Shown: positions 48,101-60,100 of the stretch, piece after piece
Numbering within the stretch: position 1 is the first letter of the stretch
Layout: each line of letters opens with the position of its first letter
Assembly (NCBI GenBank): GCA_030141605.1
Contig: JAQGDQ010002366.1
Span: forward strand, 256,660-320,659
Reading direction: 5' to 3'
DNA length: 64,000 bases
Source: Tubiluchus corallicola
Taxonomy: Eukaryota; Animalia; Priapulida
Program-made: the position numbers and the translations under genes
Notes under the pieces: generated by a model
Told to the model about the DNA's origin: nothing
The model's input: only the letters and a program-made list of their open reading frames with translations
Database searches by the model: none

Positions 48101-51100
48101 ATAGTCAGCATGGCATACGTAATCGCTCAGAGGAAGAATTAAAGTGGTTCACCATCCACTCACTGACCTGCCTCAGTGCTATCTTAATTTCAGTAGCCGA
48201 GATGACGTCGATATACCATTGTACCTGCACTTTGCCTTCTCATCTTGACAAATTGAAGTGAATCACTATAAATTGGCTACATGATGTTCAATAACCGAGT
48301 TAAATGTATAAATATTAACACTAACCTTATGGAAATCATCAAAAGGCACAGCAGCTACGGAGCCCCTGATACGAGATGCAATAGCCTTGCAAGCATCACC
48401 CACAAAATCAGCAACGCTAAAAAGCTTATAGGAATCAGACTCCTTATTTCCCAGATCAAAATGCCTGCAGAAAATTACCTTTATCAGTGATGAATCATTT
48501 TTATACTAACGGTAAGGTAGATGGAGATGTGGGACGATACAGTGCTTAGTGTACTCACATCGTAAAAATTATCGTATATTTCAATAGCAAATTTTTTTAG
48601 GGTAAGACAAAACACGATTACTCTGTTGAATGTTAAAAAGTAATCATTTGGAATAGTGTACAATTACATGTTTAAAATCCAATATAAATGAGAAGTAAAT
48701 TGTTGTTGGTAACAAATAAAATTACCCTGGCATGTAAAATAACACACATTTGGACGTCTTAGAAGTGTTACAGGATACACACACAATAAAACCAAATTTA
48801 AAGCAGTTACCAGTTGTATGCCAGCTGAAGCTGCAAGCGGGCATGGTCAGCTGTTTCCACGGTTACTATGTCGGTGAAAAAATCGGGTCCCAGTAGCAAG
48901 CATAATGCTTTGATCACATTGGGTTTTTTCGGTTTACCACCTGATAAACTCAGTTGTGTGAATTGCTCATCTGGGTTCAACATTACTTGTTCTGGTCCGA
49001 ATACAACTCTGCAAGTTTTAGGTGTTATTATTACTATGACACTCACTAAAACTCATTCTTCCTTGTAAAGTGGTTGTTTGCAGAGCATAACTCGCTGACC
49101 TTGTGTGTGGTTCAGCGTCACTTGCAGGCAGCACAAGAAAAATCCAAAAGTCACTCGCAGTACAAATGTTAAGGTGTCAACTAACTATTGAATTCTTTCT
49201 TAGCCAGTAGCATTTCAACGTTTACATCATTTTGCTCTAATTAGCAAACAACATTCTCCAAGTTAATTGCGTCTCCAAAAAAATTGTTAAAAACTCTAGA
49301 AATGTGGTTATGCTATTATAATACTAACCACAAAAATTAATACAACGATGCAAATATTCAATGCAATTGACAGTAAAGCAATTTCTTTTATACTTTTTCT
49401 CGAAAATAATCAGAAAAAATTGTGGCATGCACACATCTAGAAAATAATAAAACAGTTTACATATCCCATTATTCTAAGGTAAGAAAAATAACCTAGTAGT
49501 TACTGTGTGTGTTTTACGACCACAATTGAACAATATTGGCCCGAGCAAAACAGCACAAAGAGCCGATTTAATTTTTTCCCCAATAAAGTCAGTTTCAAAT
49601 CTGTTAATCTTATTGAGGCGATCCAGATTGTAAATTTTCTGTAGAGGAATCATGGAACAGCATGCTGCATTGGTTTTCACCTCAAAACACACAGAAGTCA
49701 TTATTTTGAGTCATATATGACCAACATTTGCATGAATGCAGAGTGACCCAAGGTAAATCATGCAATACGGGAAACCTAATAACCTATTTGCCCTCCGAAC
49801 GCTAGTGGAATCAGTGTTACTTTAATTAATCAAAATTTTTACAATGAAACAAAAGGAGACATAGTGCATTAATAGGACTATTTTGTTTCGTGTTGAGTCA
49901 TAGTTTTATATAAAAATATAATTAACCTTACTTTCTAGCACACCATTAGTAACGATTTTTATTATAAAATTGAGATATGTGTAGAAAGGACAAAACAAAT
50001 TGTTTCTATCACATACATGCTCAATGGTTTTTGTGAAAGGGTTTGACATTCGATAAGCATAATAGGACACTTACCCTAGAAACTTTTCTGCAAGAAATTA
50101 AGTAAAGTCAGCTGTTTTTAAAACATTTATAACATTAATAAAAGTACTAGCCAAACCCCACAAAAAGAATTTTGTGCACAAATCAACACACAACCCACAC
50201 CACACCACTCCACCTCATCACACCACACCATACCACTCCACCTCATCGCACCACACCGCACTGCACCACACCATACCACCTACACACCACCTTACACATC
50301 TCTCTTTCTTGCTCTCTCTTCCTCTCTCACTCTCCTGCTCTCTCTCTCTCTCTCTTATTATTATTATTATATAACAAATCAGACCAAGAGATTAATCTAG
50401 CTACCTTGCTTTTTTGTTCTTATAATCATATATTTGTACAGCTGCATTGTGTGGAACTCTGAAAGTAACAACACGAGTTTTATCACGAGTTTGACGCTGT
50501 AACCCTCCCTGACGGTTGCTGCGATCTGCATATGGATCACGTTCCTGTGTTAGCAAATCTTCTACTGCTGGTAACATCTATAAAAAATGTTGCAGATATT
50601 TCAAAGACTGCAGTTAAACAGAAATTAGAAGGAGTACTGAGAATATTGACCACAGCTGTAGGAGGCAGCAATTCAAATTCATTCTTTAGTCAAGTCATAT
50701 TTTAATACAAGCAAGTATTTAATATGCTTAAAAGAGAATCAGCACAATTTTAGTTATGAAATTTTTATCTCAAAAGCTTGTTCTAAGAACGGAATAAAAT
50801 AAGCAATCTACGAATGCTGTTCAGAAGTATAGTTAGTGTGAAAAGCAATGTTAGTGACAATTAAATATATCACAGCTTTAATAATAGTGCACTAATTCAG
50901 AAATTTTTACAGACAGTCTAACCTAAAATTCCATGCGAGTTACACCGATACTACAACCGGAAACTTTTGAAAAACAACTATTAACCCTCACCATCACTGC
51001 TGCAAAGCAGCCACATCCAACTGTTTTATCTAAATTACATAATTTGATTCTGAGACCATCCAACATTACCAAGCCACTTTTCTTAGCAGCTCCAATATGT

Positions 51101-54100
51101 TAATAAAGTTTTGAAAATGCAAAACTTAAATGTTTTATCATAACCCTGGCAACTACCCATCATCAACAGAATGCATAGGCCAAAATAAAAATTTATTATA
51201 ACTTGAGCTAAAATGCTATACGTATTTTGATCTTGACCTTGATGTTCAAAATTGCAAATAAATTAAATAAATTGTTAAATAAGAGGCTGCAAAACAACTG
51301 AAACAGATGACTAAAATATAATTAAATAGCGATTGTAGTTAATGTATAACATACCATCACAGCTATTATACAGCCTGTTAGCTGATTAAATCATGTGAAA
51401 TTTTGACTTGCAAAACCACTTTCAAAATACACCTAAAGCATTTTATTAATAATCTTATTAGGCTGTACATATTCTGTTGATGACAGCAAACTGGATTATG
51501 CTGAAAAAATTAGGTTCTTATTTTCCAAAGCTTCATTAAAATTGTGAAGGTATCTGGCCACTGTTACTGAATCAATTTTTCAGAATTAGAATTTCAAAAT
51601 AACAGATGTACACAATTTATGTGCACGTTCATTGATTAATTGCACCATTTACATTAAATAAAACTACAGGTACCTGATAATTTTACTTAATAACTAACTT
51701 TTACTAAATAACAGTAAGATATCCTTGTAACTTCCAATAGATAAGGCACACCACTTCTTTGTATATGTAGTAATGCATGGTACTGACAAGTACATGAAAC
51801 GGCACCAGTAGCCAAGGGTTAAGTAATCATGCTTTCCAAACATTAGACTTACTGATTTCTCCCAAAGCTCCTCGTCTTGAGACAACATGTATGTTTCTCC
51901 ATTAACTGCTCTAACCTACAAGATAGTCATACAAAAAAATATGTGGAACCTTGACAGAAAAAGAATGGAACATGTTATGAAGTTATATGTACAAAGCAGA
52001 TTAAACAAACATGCTGCCTTGGGTGAGGATGTACGCAAGTGTTTGAATGCACTAAACAATTACTGATAGAAACATTTAACAAAAGTTTTTTATCGCGCGT
52101 TTCAGCTTTTTGCACGTTCCATTCTGGGTTGCTGTCTGTCCTTTTATGGATCTGGTATGCCCTCACCTGCTGCTGAACACTGTCGTAATGCATGTCAATA
52201 ATATTAGTACATTGTGTTATCGTTCTCTCTTCAGCGATGCTCTGAGAATATGTAAAAGGTAAACGAGCTTCTGAACTATAGGGAGCACGATCAGAGAGCA
52301 TATTTTCTATAGCTTGAGGAAGTAACTTATGCCACAAGCACTCATCTTCATTAAGCATGTATGTATGACCTATGACAGCACGTACCTAAATGAACATGTA
52401 CATTTAAATGCTTTTGTTAAAATATTAGGCAAATGTTTACTTAATGGGTGTAATATTTTTGAAAAAATAAGACAAATTTCAAAACTCAAGCTAATGATTG
52501 CAGGAAAGGAGTTTGAAAATAGCAGCAGATATTTATAAATTAAAAAAGCTAAAAGAATTAGATTTTAATCAAAGTTTGTGAAAATTAGTTAAATCTCGCT
52601 GCCAAAATCTTATATTCGTTTAATTAACGTTTAATCTGAGAAAATGGAGATATGCTTGAGATCCAATCAGTGACTATAGTCTGTTCGACTGTCGTCATAC
52701 AAGTTTTATTAGATATTGTGGGAGGTCAACAACGTCTCACAATCTGCTCTTTCATAATACCACCCACCTGATTTTTTTATATTTTGCATAAAAAATGTGG
52801 CTCCAAAGAAAAAGGAAGTATTACATTGTAAAATACTTTTAAAGAAGTCCGCTTTTAAAACATCTCCAGCATGAGAATAGTCTAGTTTCACTTTAATTGG
52901 AAAACTTTTCATTAAGATAAGTATATTACAGTAAGTTCTCGCTTAACGATGCTAATGCCATTCAACAAAAGGCGACATTAAGTGAAACGTCATTAAATGA
53001 AGCCAAGACTTCCATAGAAAGTAATGTAAAAGAATTGAGATACGTTCCAGAGGCAAAAATCAATACTGGTTAAATAATATACTTAAACATTTTAAGAGCT
53101 TTATTCATATTTCTACTGATTAATTTCTTTCTGCTTGCCTGAAACCACCTATATATCTTACTTGCCATTACCTAGCCATAGCGGTCTCTCTTTCGTTAAA
53201 GTTTAAGCCTAGGCAACGGTTAAATAATAAACACTGCAAAGTCAAAGCCAAGTCCTGGGCGAGCTTGGGAATTTTATCTAGATACTTAGTCTAGTTGCTA
53301 TAACAACAGGTTGCATGCATAAAGTTTGCTGATAGGTCTCACTTGATTTAAATGTGTAGCATTTAGTAGTTAGCCCAGAAGCAAAAATGTATATAATAAT
53401 TACACTGTTTACGTTACTAGTGCATTTTTAGAACAGAATAATGTACAGTTTTAATGCATCAAATTAGGTGAAAATGTCGTTGACAAAATCAAAATTTGCC
53501 TTGAGCAAAGTACAAAAATAGTCGTTAAAGTGAAACGTGCATTGTTAAGTGAAAAAGGTGTCAAATGATCAGCATCATTAAAACGAAACATCGCTAAACA
53601 GGAAGACATGAAGCGATTACTGTACTGTAGAAATATTGATAGTAATGTTTACTGAATGGCCGTATAGCACTGACTTTATCAGTAACAATGTGCATTGAAT
53701 AAACTATGGGAGTAGTAAAACATTAAAGACATTTCTAGTTAATAAAGTTGTAGTTAATAAAGTCTTAGATTAATTAACCAACAAAAAATTAATAACCATG
53801 TTCAACATTTCAGATACCTTTCCACTTTTAATGTCACGCACATATATTCCTTCATTCTCATCAAGTGGAATTGCAGTTCGTCTGGCCACGACTTCAACCT
53901 CAACTGGTGGCACATACTCTATTGGTCCTCTGATCATCCACCTGTCACCTGGCTGGCGAGTTTTACCCTAACCAGGAAAAGTCCTTAAACTACTCAGTCT
54001 TAAAAGTTACACATGTACAAAAAAAATGTCAGGTGAAGTGTGTAAATTCTTATATAATTGTATAATTGTCTAGCAAAAGCTACTAGACATCAAGCAGAAA

Positions 54101-57100
54101 CTAAGCATAATTAGTAAACATCTAATTTATTTTAAAAGCGGTAAATTTACAAATTCAGAAACAGAAGCTTTTTGCTTAAAAATAGTTATGTTACAACAAC
54201 ATTTTGTGGATACCTTACAGTATATAAAATATTACCGAGTAAAATTTTGAAATAGTTGATTCACAACTCTTGAATATAATAAATTATAAAAGCTATTAAA
54301 ATTATACAATAACTGGACATACGGCAGTTGCATCACTGAATGACTCATTTGCTCGTAAGATCAGCCCTTCATTTTCACCAAGTATAAATACATTTTGAAT
54401 ACCAGCTTCCAGCTTCTCACCGGGGCGCAAGAAAAATGATTTCTCTCCCTAAATAGAAAAATTCTGTACCAGTAATGTATTTTTATATTTGATGATTAAT
54501 AATGAACATCATTTTGTTGTGATAGTGAAAAAATCAAACAATTATTGTAAAACTTAAAAATAACTTATAGTCATTGCATTTTTTGTCTGTTGGTCAAGTT
54601 TTCAAATTTTTTCAGGTTTAAGGAGCAACTGCCACAATTTTTATGTTATAATATTGACATCTGTTCTTCAGTTTCTAATGTTAAGATGTTATGCCATTTG
54701 GAAGTATGTAAATACTAGCTCCATGGCAGGTCACTGGCTACAGTAGGCAGCTGAAATCAGTGCCACATTTATCAATCCATGAGCACTGTTCACAGACTCA
54801 ACATTTCAATATTTAGACTAGATAACTTCAAAATTTTAGAATCTGCTATTAGTGAATTTAATTTGCAAGTATTTGAATTTGTGAGTACTTCGAATTTTTG
54901 AGAAACTCTTTAGATAAAGCTGGAGTAATGTTCATCAACTTTCTTTTCCCCCACAATTATTTTGAGAAGCTCGTTTACAGTGTTGAACATGTGTTGCTGC
55001 AAAGGTTTATCCTATTGCCAAGCACAGGCAAGAGTCAGAAAATGTAGAGTGTAGAAATAGCCTAACTATAATTTTCTGTCATTTGACAATGTACTGCACA
55101 ATCTACAAGTTTTAAATTAAAAATCGTTGTTTGCTTTTCACCGAGTGTGATTTTAGACTTTTGTAATGGTCTGTATCCATTAAATTTTCATTAGGTAAGA
55201 ATCGTGCTCGTGACAGACCAAAGGTGAAAGCGTGCAGTTGGTACAACAGATCACTGTGTTTGAATAACTAGACCCGTGTGTATACTTAAGTGGATGCTGG
55301 CATTTATTTTCTAAAAGTAAATAAGTAATAAATTTAGTGAAATGTCAATTCTATTTTACCTCTTAAGGTATAAACTACGTTTATACAGTTTAGTTTTGGT
55401 TTTAACTGGTATGCATGTTGTGTCTGTTTATGTCTTTATCATTACATTACTGGTAATTGCCACATGCACCATGTCAGCCAAAATGAATGTTAACAATATG
55501 AGTGAATATTTTAAATAAACAAGTGAAAGATTGAATAAAATAAACAAATAAATAAATAGACAAACATGATAAGACAAACACACAAACAGATAATTTCATA
55601 ATAAACAAATGAATGAGTAAACTAAAAAATGAACAACCAAACAAACAAACAACAAATGTGCAGATAAAATTAGGGCGAAGAGGTCGATGTGGTGTGAATT
55701 CAATGCAATGTCAGACATGGAAATGTAAAGTAATGGTAAACTACAATTTTTAAATAATATGTGATGATTGTGTTGAGCAAAATCTTAACTCAACTAACAC
55801 GTATTTATACCTTCACTAGTCGTTTTTTGCCTAGCTGAGGTTTGCCATCATTTCCAATAGGATCGACGATAACGCAGTATTGCCTGTTACTTAATGTTGT
55901 TATATTAACTTCACCTACAACCTAAAACAGGTGAATGACTCATTAATACACATTAAATATAAATGAGGTAAAGAGAATAAGCAGGTCATTGTGTTACTCG
56001 CCCATGAATAACTCTATAGAGCCATTCAGTTTGTATAGGATTGTACCACTTTGCCAAAGAAGACTCTCCTCAATGCTGAATATCCATAGAAAATGTCACT
56101 TTTATTGCCAAATTTCTTCCAGATATTTAACGTTTTCTTCCTGTGTGATATTATAAATTGGCAAGGTACATTCAATCTGTAATAATGTAATTAAAACTAA
56201 TGAAATTTAACATTGCAGGTTTCCAAAGTAATTATATCATATTGTACATATATTTTAAACCCAAGCAAAATTCCAAAATAGATCTATATAGATAGATTCA
56301 TACATACATTTTTGGCTCTTTTAGTGGCTTCTGTCTGATTCAATGTCTACATTCTAACAGTTTAACCATTCACACACACCTGCTCATGCTAACTAACTTG
56401 CCTCATCACCTAGCATTCTACTCCTTATAAGTTCTACCACTAGGTGGTGCCACCTAACAATGCACAAATTTTCTGCAAAATCATCATCATTTAACAGTTT
56501 GATAGCCAAGATTCAGAACACAGTTCGTCATGTAGTCTCCTTATTTATGTAATTCAAAACTTTGACATTTACTCATTGTGAGATAGACAATGCACATTAA
56601 ACTTTCACAAATTTGGATTCCACGTCAACTGTAAATGTGTGTCTATAATGCAGGGGTGACCACACTTTTTCAGCTTGTGAGGTACTTATAAAATGACCAA
56701 GTCAAAATGATCTACCTACTACAAAAATGCAAAACATATATTTATTTATGAATATGTTTGTATGATATAAGTGGTTGTACCTTGCATAACTGCACGAACC
56801 CTTATTGCACAATACAACTCTCTACATTTTTTGGCTACTTTCTTGGTCCAGCTCTCAGACTAATTTTTATACCCTTTCTTAAGTTTAGTAGAAATAAATT
56901 ACAGGTTAGCTTGGTTGAATTTTACAGCAGCTGCTTGGCGCACCAAAAAGAAGACTGGGCCAGCCAATCCGCTGGTCTGACAATACAAGCCTCGAGACTG
57001 GCTGGCTGGCCTTCATACGAGCCAATCAGATTGCTTCTCACATTTCTTGCACATTTGGGCATTTCAGTGGTGGCTTTACATCGCTTTTTTGTGTTCCAAG

Positions 57101-60100
57101 TGAGCATTGCAAAATTTCACCATGTCTGACAGGGACTTTAATTAAAATTTCCTTAGCGAGTCTGATTCTCCCAGCCTAGCAGTGAACCTGACACGGAAAC
57201 CAGCGAAAACAACCAGTGGAGTATACAATGTAGCTATTTTCTTGAAAAATAAGTGCATGCGATCTACCCACACTATCTTTGTGATTGACTAGTAGATGTA
57301 ATGGGCACCCCTGCTAAAACTACAGCTAGCTTATTTGCGTTGTTTCAGCCAAGTTTTTATATCGTCTTGTATCATACAGATGAAGCATGGCCACGAGACC
57401 AAAAATTTATTTCCGTTTGGAATTCCACTCCACAATTACAATGTGGCATCTGTGATATGCACCAGCTGAACGTCTTTAACTTACATTTAATCTGCCTTTG
57501 CTGTTCACATAAGTTTGTTTATTGGCTAACCTTAAAGGAAGAACCAACCCTCGAACAACACTTATTGCATTTTAATATATAATTAAAAATATTGAAATCA
57601 CCACACAATATAAGCACATAGAATGCTCTGCTTATAAATGTAACAGAAATTTAAATATTTTTTATCTCCGCCAAACGATAGTCGCTGCCAGCATATTTGA
57701 AAAAAATGAAGTAAGCTGGTGACTGCTGGGCAGCGTGAATGCTGTGAAGGTAAACTGTGATGAAGGTACGCATTGAGAAATTTCTACAGTTCACTCAAAA
57801 GTTCGTTATTCTACCATTGTATTTAACTGTGTTTATGTAAAAATTAGTCACTGGATCAATTATGATCAAGTTTACGTTGGTTACATAGCTTTAATCCACG
57901 GGATTATACCGTAAAATGTGTAAGTAGTGTACATTAATTGTACAGAATTTTGTTGACTTTTAGACACGCATGTAAACTTGCAAGCATATAACAGGTACCG
58001 GGTGGGTTACTTAGATTATAGAATTGGCTCTATAAATCAAAAAAATATTATTGAAACACCGGGCAGAGCAAATGCCTATAATGAGCGAAAATCGGATGAT
58101 GCCATTTTTCGTCTAAGATGAGAGTTTTCAAAAGTAATTCTTGAAAGAGTTGCCACAGTTCGTTAGTTTTTTTTTACTTTAATAAGCTGGAGATCTTGAG
58201 GGAATTTTGCGTTTTCACTTTGAAACAGTGCAACCAAAAGCACTAACTGCAATTTTTTACGCCATAAACCGTACATACCTGGGTGCTCTTAAGTTGTTTT
58301 ATATTTAATCTACAGATGACTGGATAATGCTACAGTAAAGGACAGAGAGCAGGGGAAAGAGAGGAACAGGGATGAGCATGACAAAATGCAAAAAACTCTG
58401 AAACAGGCCGGGGTTTGGGGGCCGCCTAGGCCCCAATGGGGTTGAGGGGGGCATTCAAGGGGGCGAAGCCCCCTTTGGAGCCAGCAACAAATTGCAATTT
58501 TGTGACCGTAGAGAACCTCTAAGTGAACTTAAAATATCAATTACCTTGTTTCATGCATAATTTAAAATACCCAACTATCAAGGATACATGATACATATGA
58601 TTGTGGAGTTTAAAAAAATTAACAAATTTTATTTTGTATATATTTTGATGCCTATATTTCATAAATTATAAAATTAAACTTGGTTTTATTCAAATTACGC
58701 TTTGGCGGTTGTTTGTGTCTGGAGGCCTCAAAGTTTCACATTTGTCAGCAATGAAGATATGCCGCATTGCTGTAAAAGGCATGCTACAAAGCGTACAGAT
58801 TAACAAATAAACGATATCTACGCTTTATTTGACCTATTTTAGCCAAAATTTTTCAGCAATTTTAACATCTAGGAGATAAAAGGTAAGCTGAATAAATACC
58901 TCGAAAAAATGCTACTGAAAGTTTTGATTACAATTTCGACGAAAACGAGTTCCAACCCCGAAAATTTTTTTCAACAAATTTACGCGATTTACAAAAATGA
59001 CACTACTGGTCTTCCAAAAACTCGGAATTCCGCATATCCGCGGAAAATTCTCATCTCTGGAGGAAGTCAGAAAGGGGGAGATAGATTCTACTGAAGTAAG
59101 GTAAATCATAATGTAAAAATAGCTTTATGTGGAATTATTCCTGTTTTTTCAAATTTCATATCATTTTATACTTTAAAATATAATTTGATAAATAAGAAGT
59201 AAACAGGATATGTTTGCTGCACCATCGCAAAAATGATGTGGGGTGCATAAAAGTAATAAAGCACAAACTCTGCCATTTATTACAAATTATTCATTTTCAG
59301 AATTTCATATGTTATGCGGCTATTGACTGTTCAAGTACGTTAATAATGTTGAAGTTTCCACAATGGCAGCCTTGATCATTTCTAAATTGTATAGAAAGTG
59401 CATGTACCGCTTCATAAACGTGAGGAATGTGTGTTTCGGTGTCATTGAATGTAATCAGCCACTCCTCACCGTTCTTGCGAAGTATTCCAAAATCATCAGT
59501 AAATGTTCTGACTGCTCGAACATGCAGAGCTCTCTGTAATAATATACCACTCTCTCAATATCAAAGAATTTCTTCACAATTTATCTATGTTTCGAACTGA
59601 ACGCATTTCAGTGTGATGTTAAAGTGCCAATATTTTTCAACTTTTTCTTTCTATTCCTGGAGGTGCACAAGAAAATCCAGAATTATAAATCATCATAATT
59701 ATTTTATAGTTTGAAACGAAAACACATGAGAACGTGGACTTGTTGACATACACAGTATTAACAGCAGCTACAGTATCTTCTTTTACTAACAATAACTTAA
59801 TTGTTATTAAAAACAACCTGTCAATGTTCCCATATAAAGCAGAACCATTCTACATAGTTACCCATCTTAAAAGATTATAAAAGATTTTATGTAGCAAATT
59901 AAAAACTGTCGTAACAGAACTTTGACATATGTAATGTTCACCATGTCATCGATTACAAATGAGGCACTAATTCAAACGAACGTTTAGCAAAGCTACTGAA
60001 ATCAGAAAAAAGGCAACCCATTTTAAGTTAAATGATTTCATATCACCTTCTCTGTGAGAATGTATGCCTGGACTATATCAACTACTTCTTCATGTGCACC

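Noticed and set aside
50172-50462. His/Thr/Pro-rich ORFs
   Set aside because: Derived from CACCA/TC simple repeats antisense to an MVP intron and exon.
58405-58485. GC-rich G-run island (ggggtttgggggcc...gggggcgaagccccc) in an MVP intron
   Set aside because: Resembles the common ggggcgaagcccc hairpin of invertebrate non-autonomous DNA transposons; element ends could not be defined, so it is not called as regulatory or G4.
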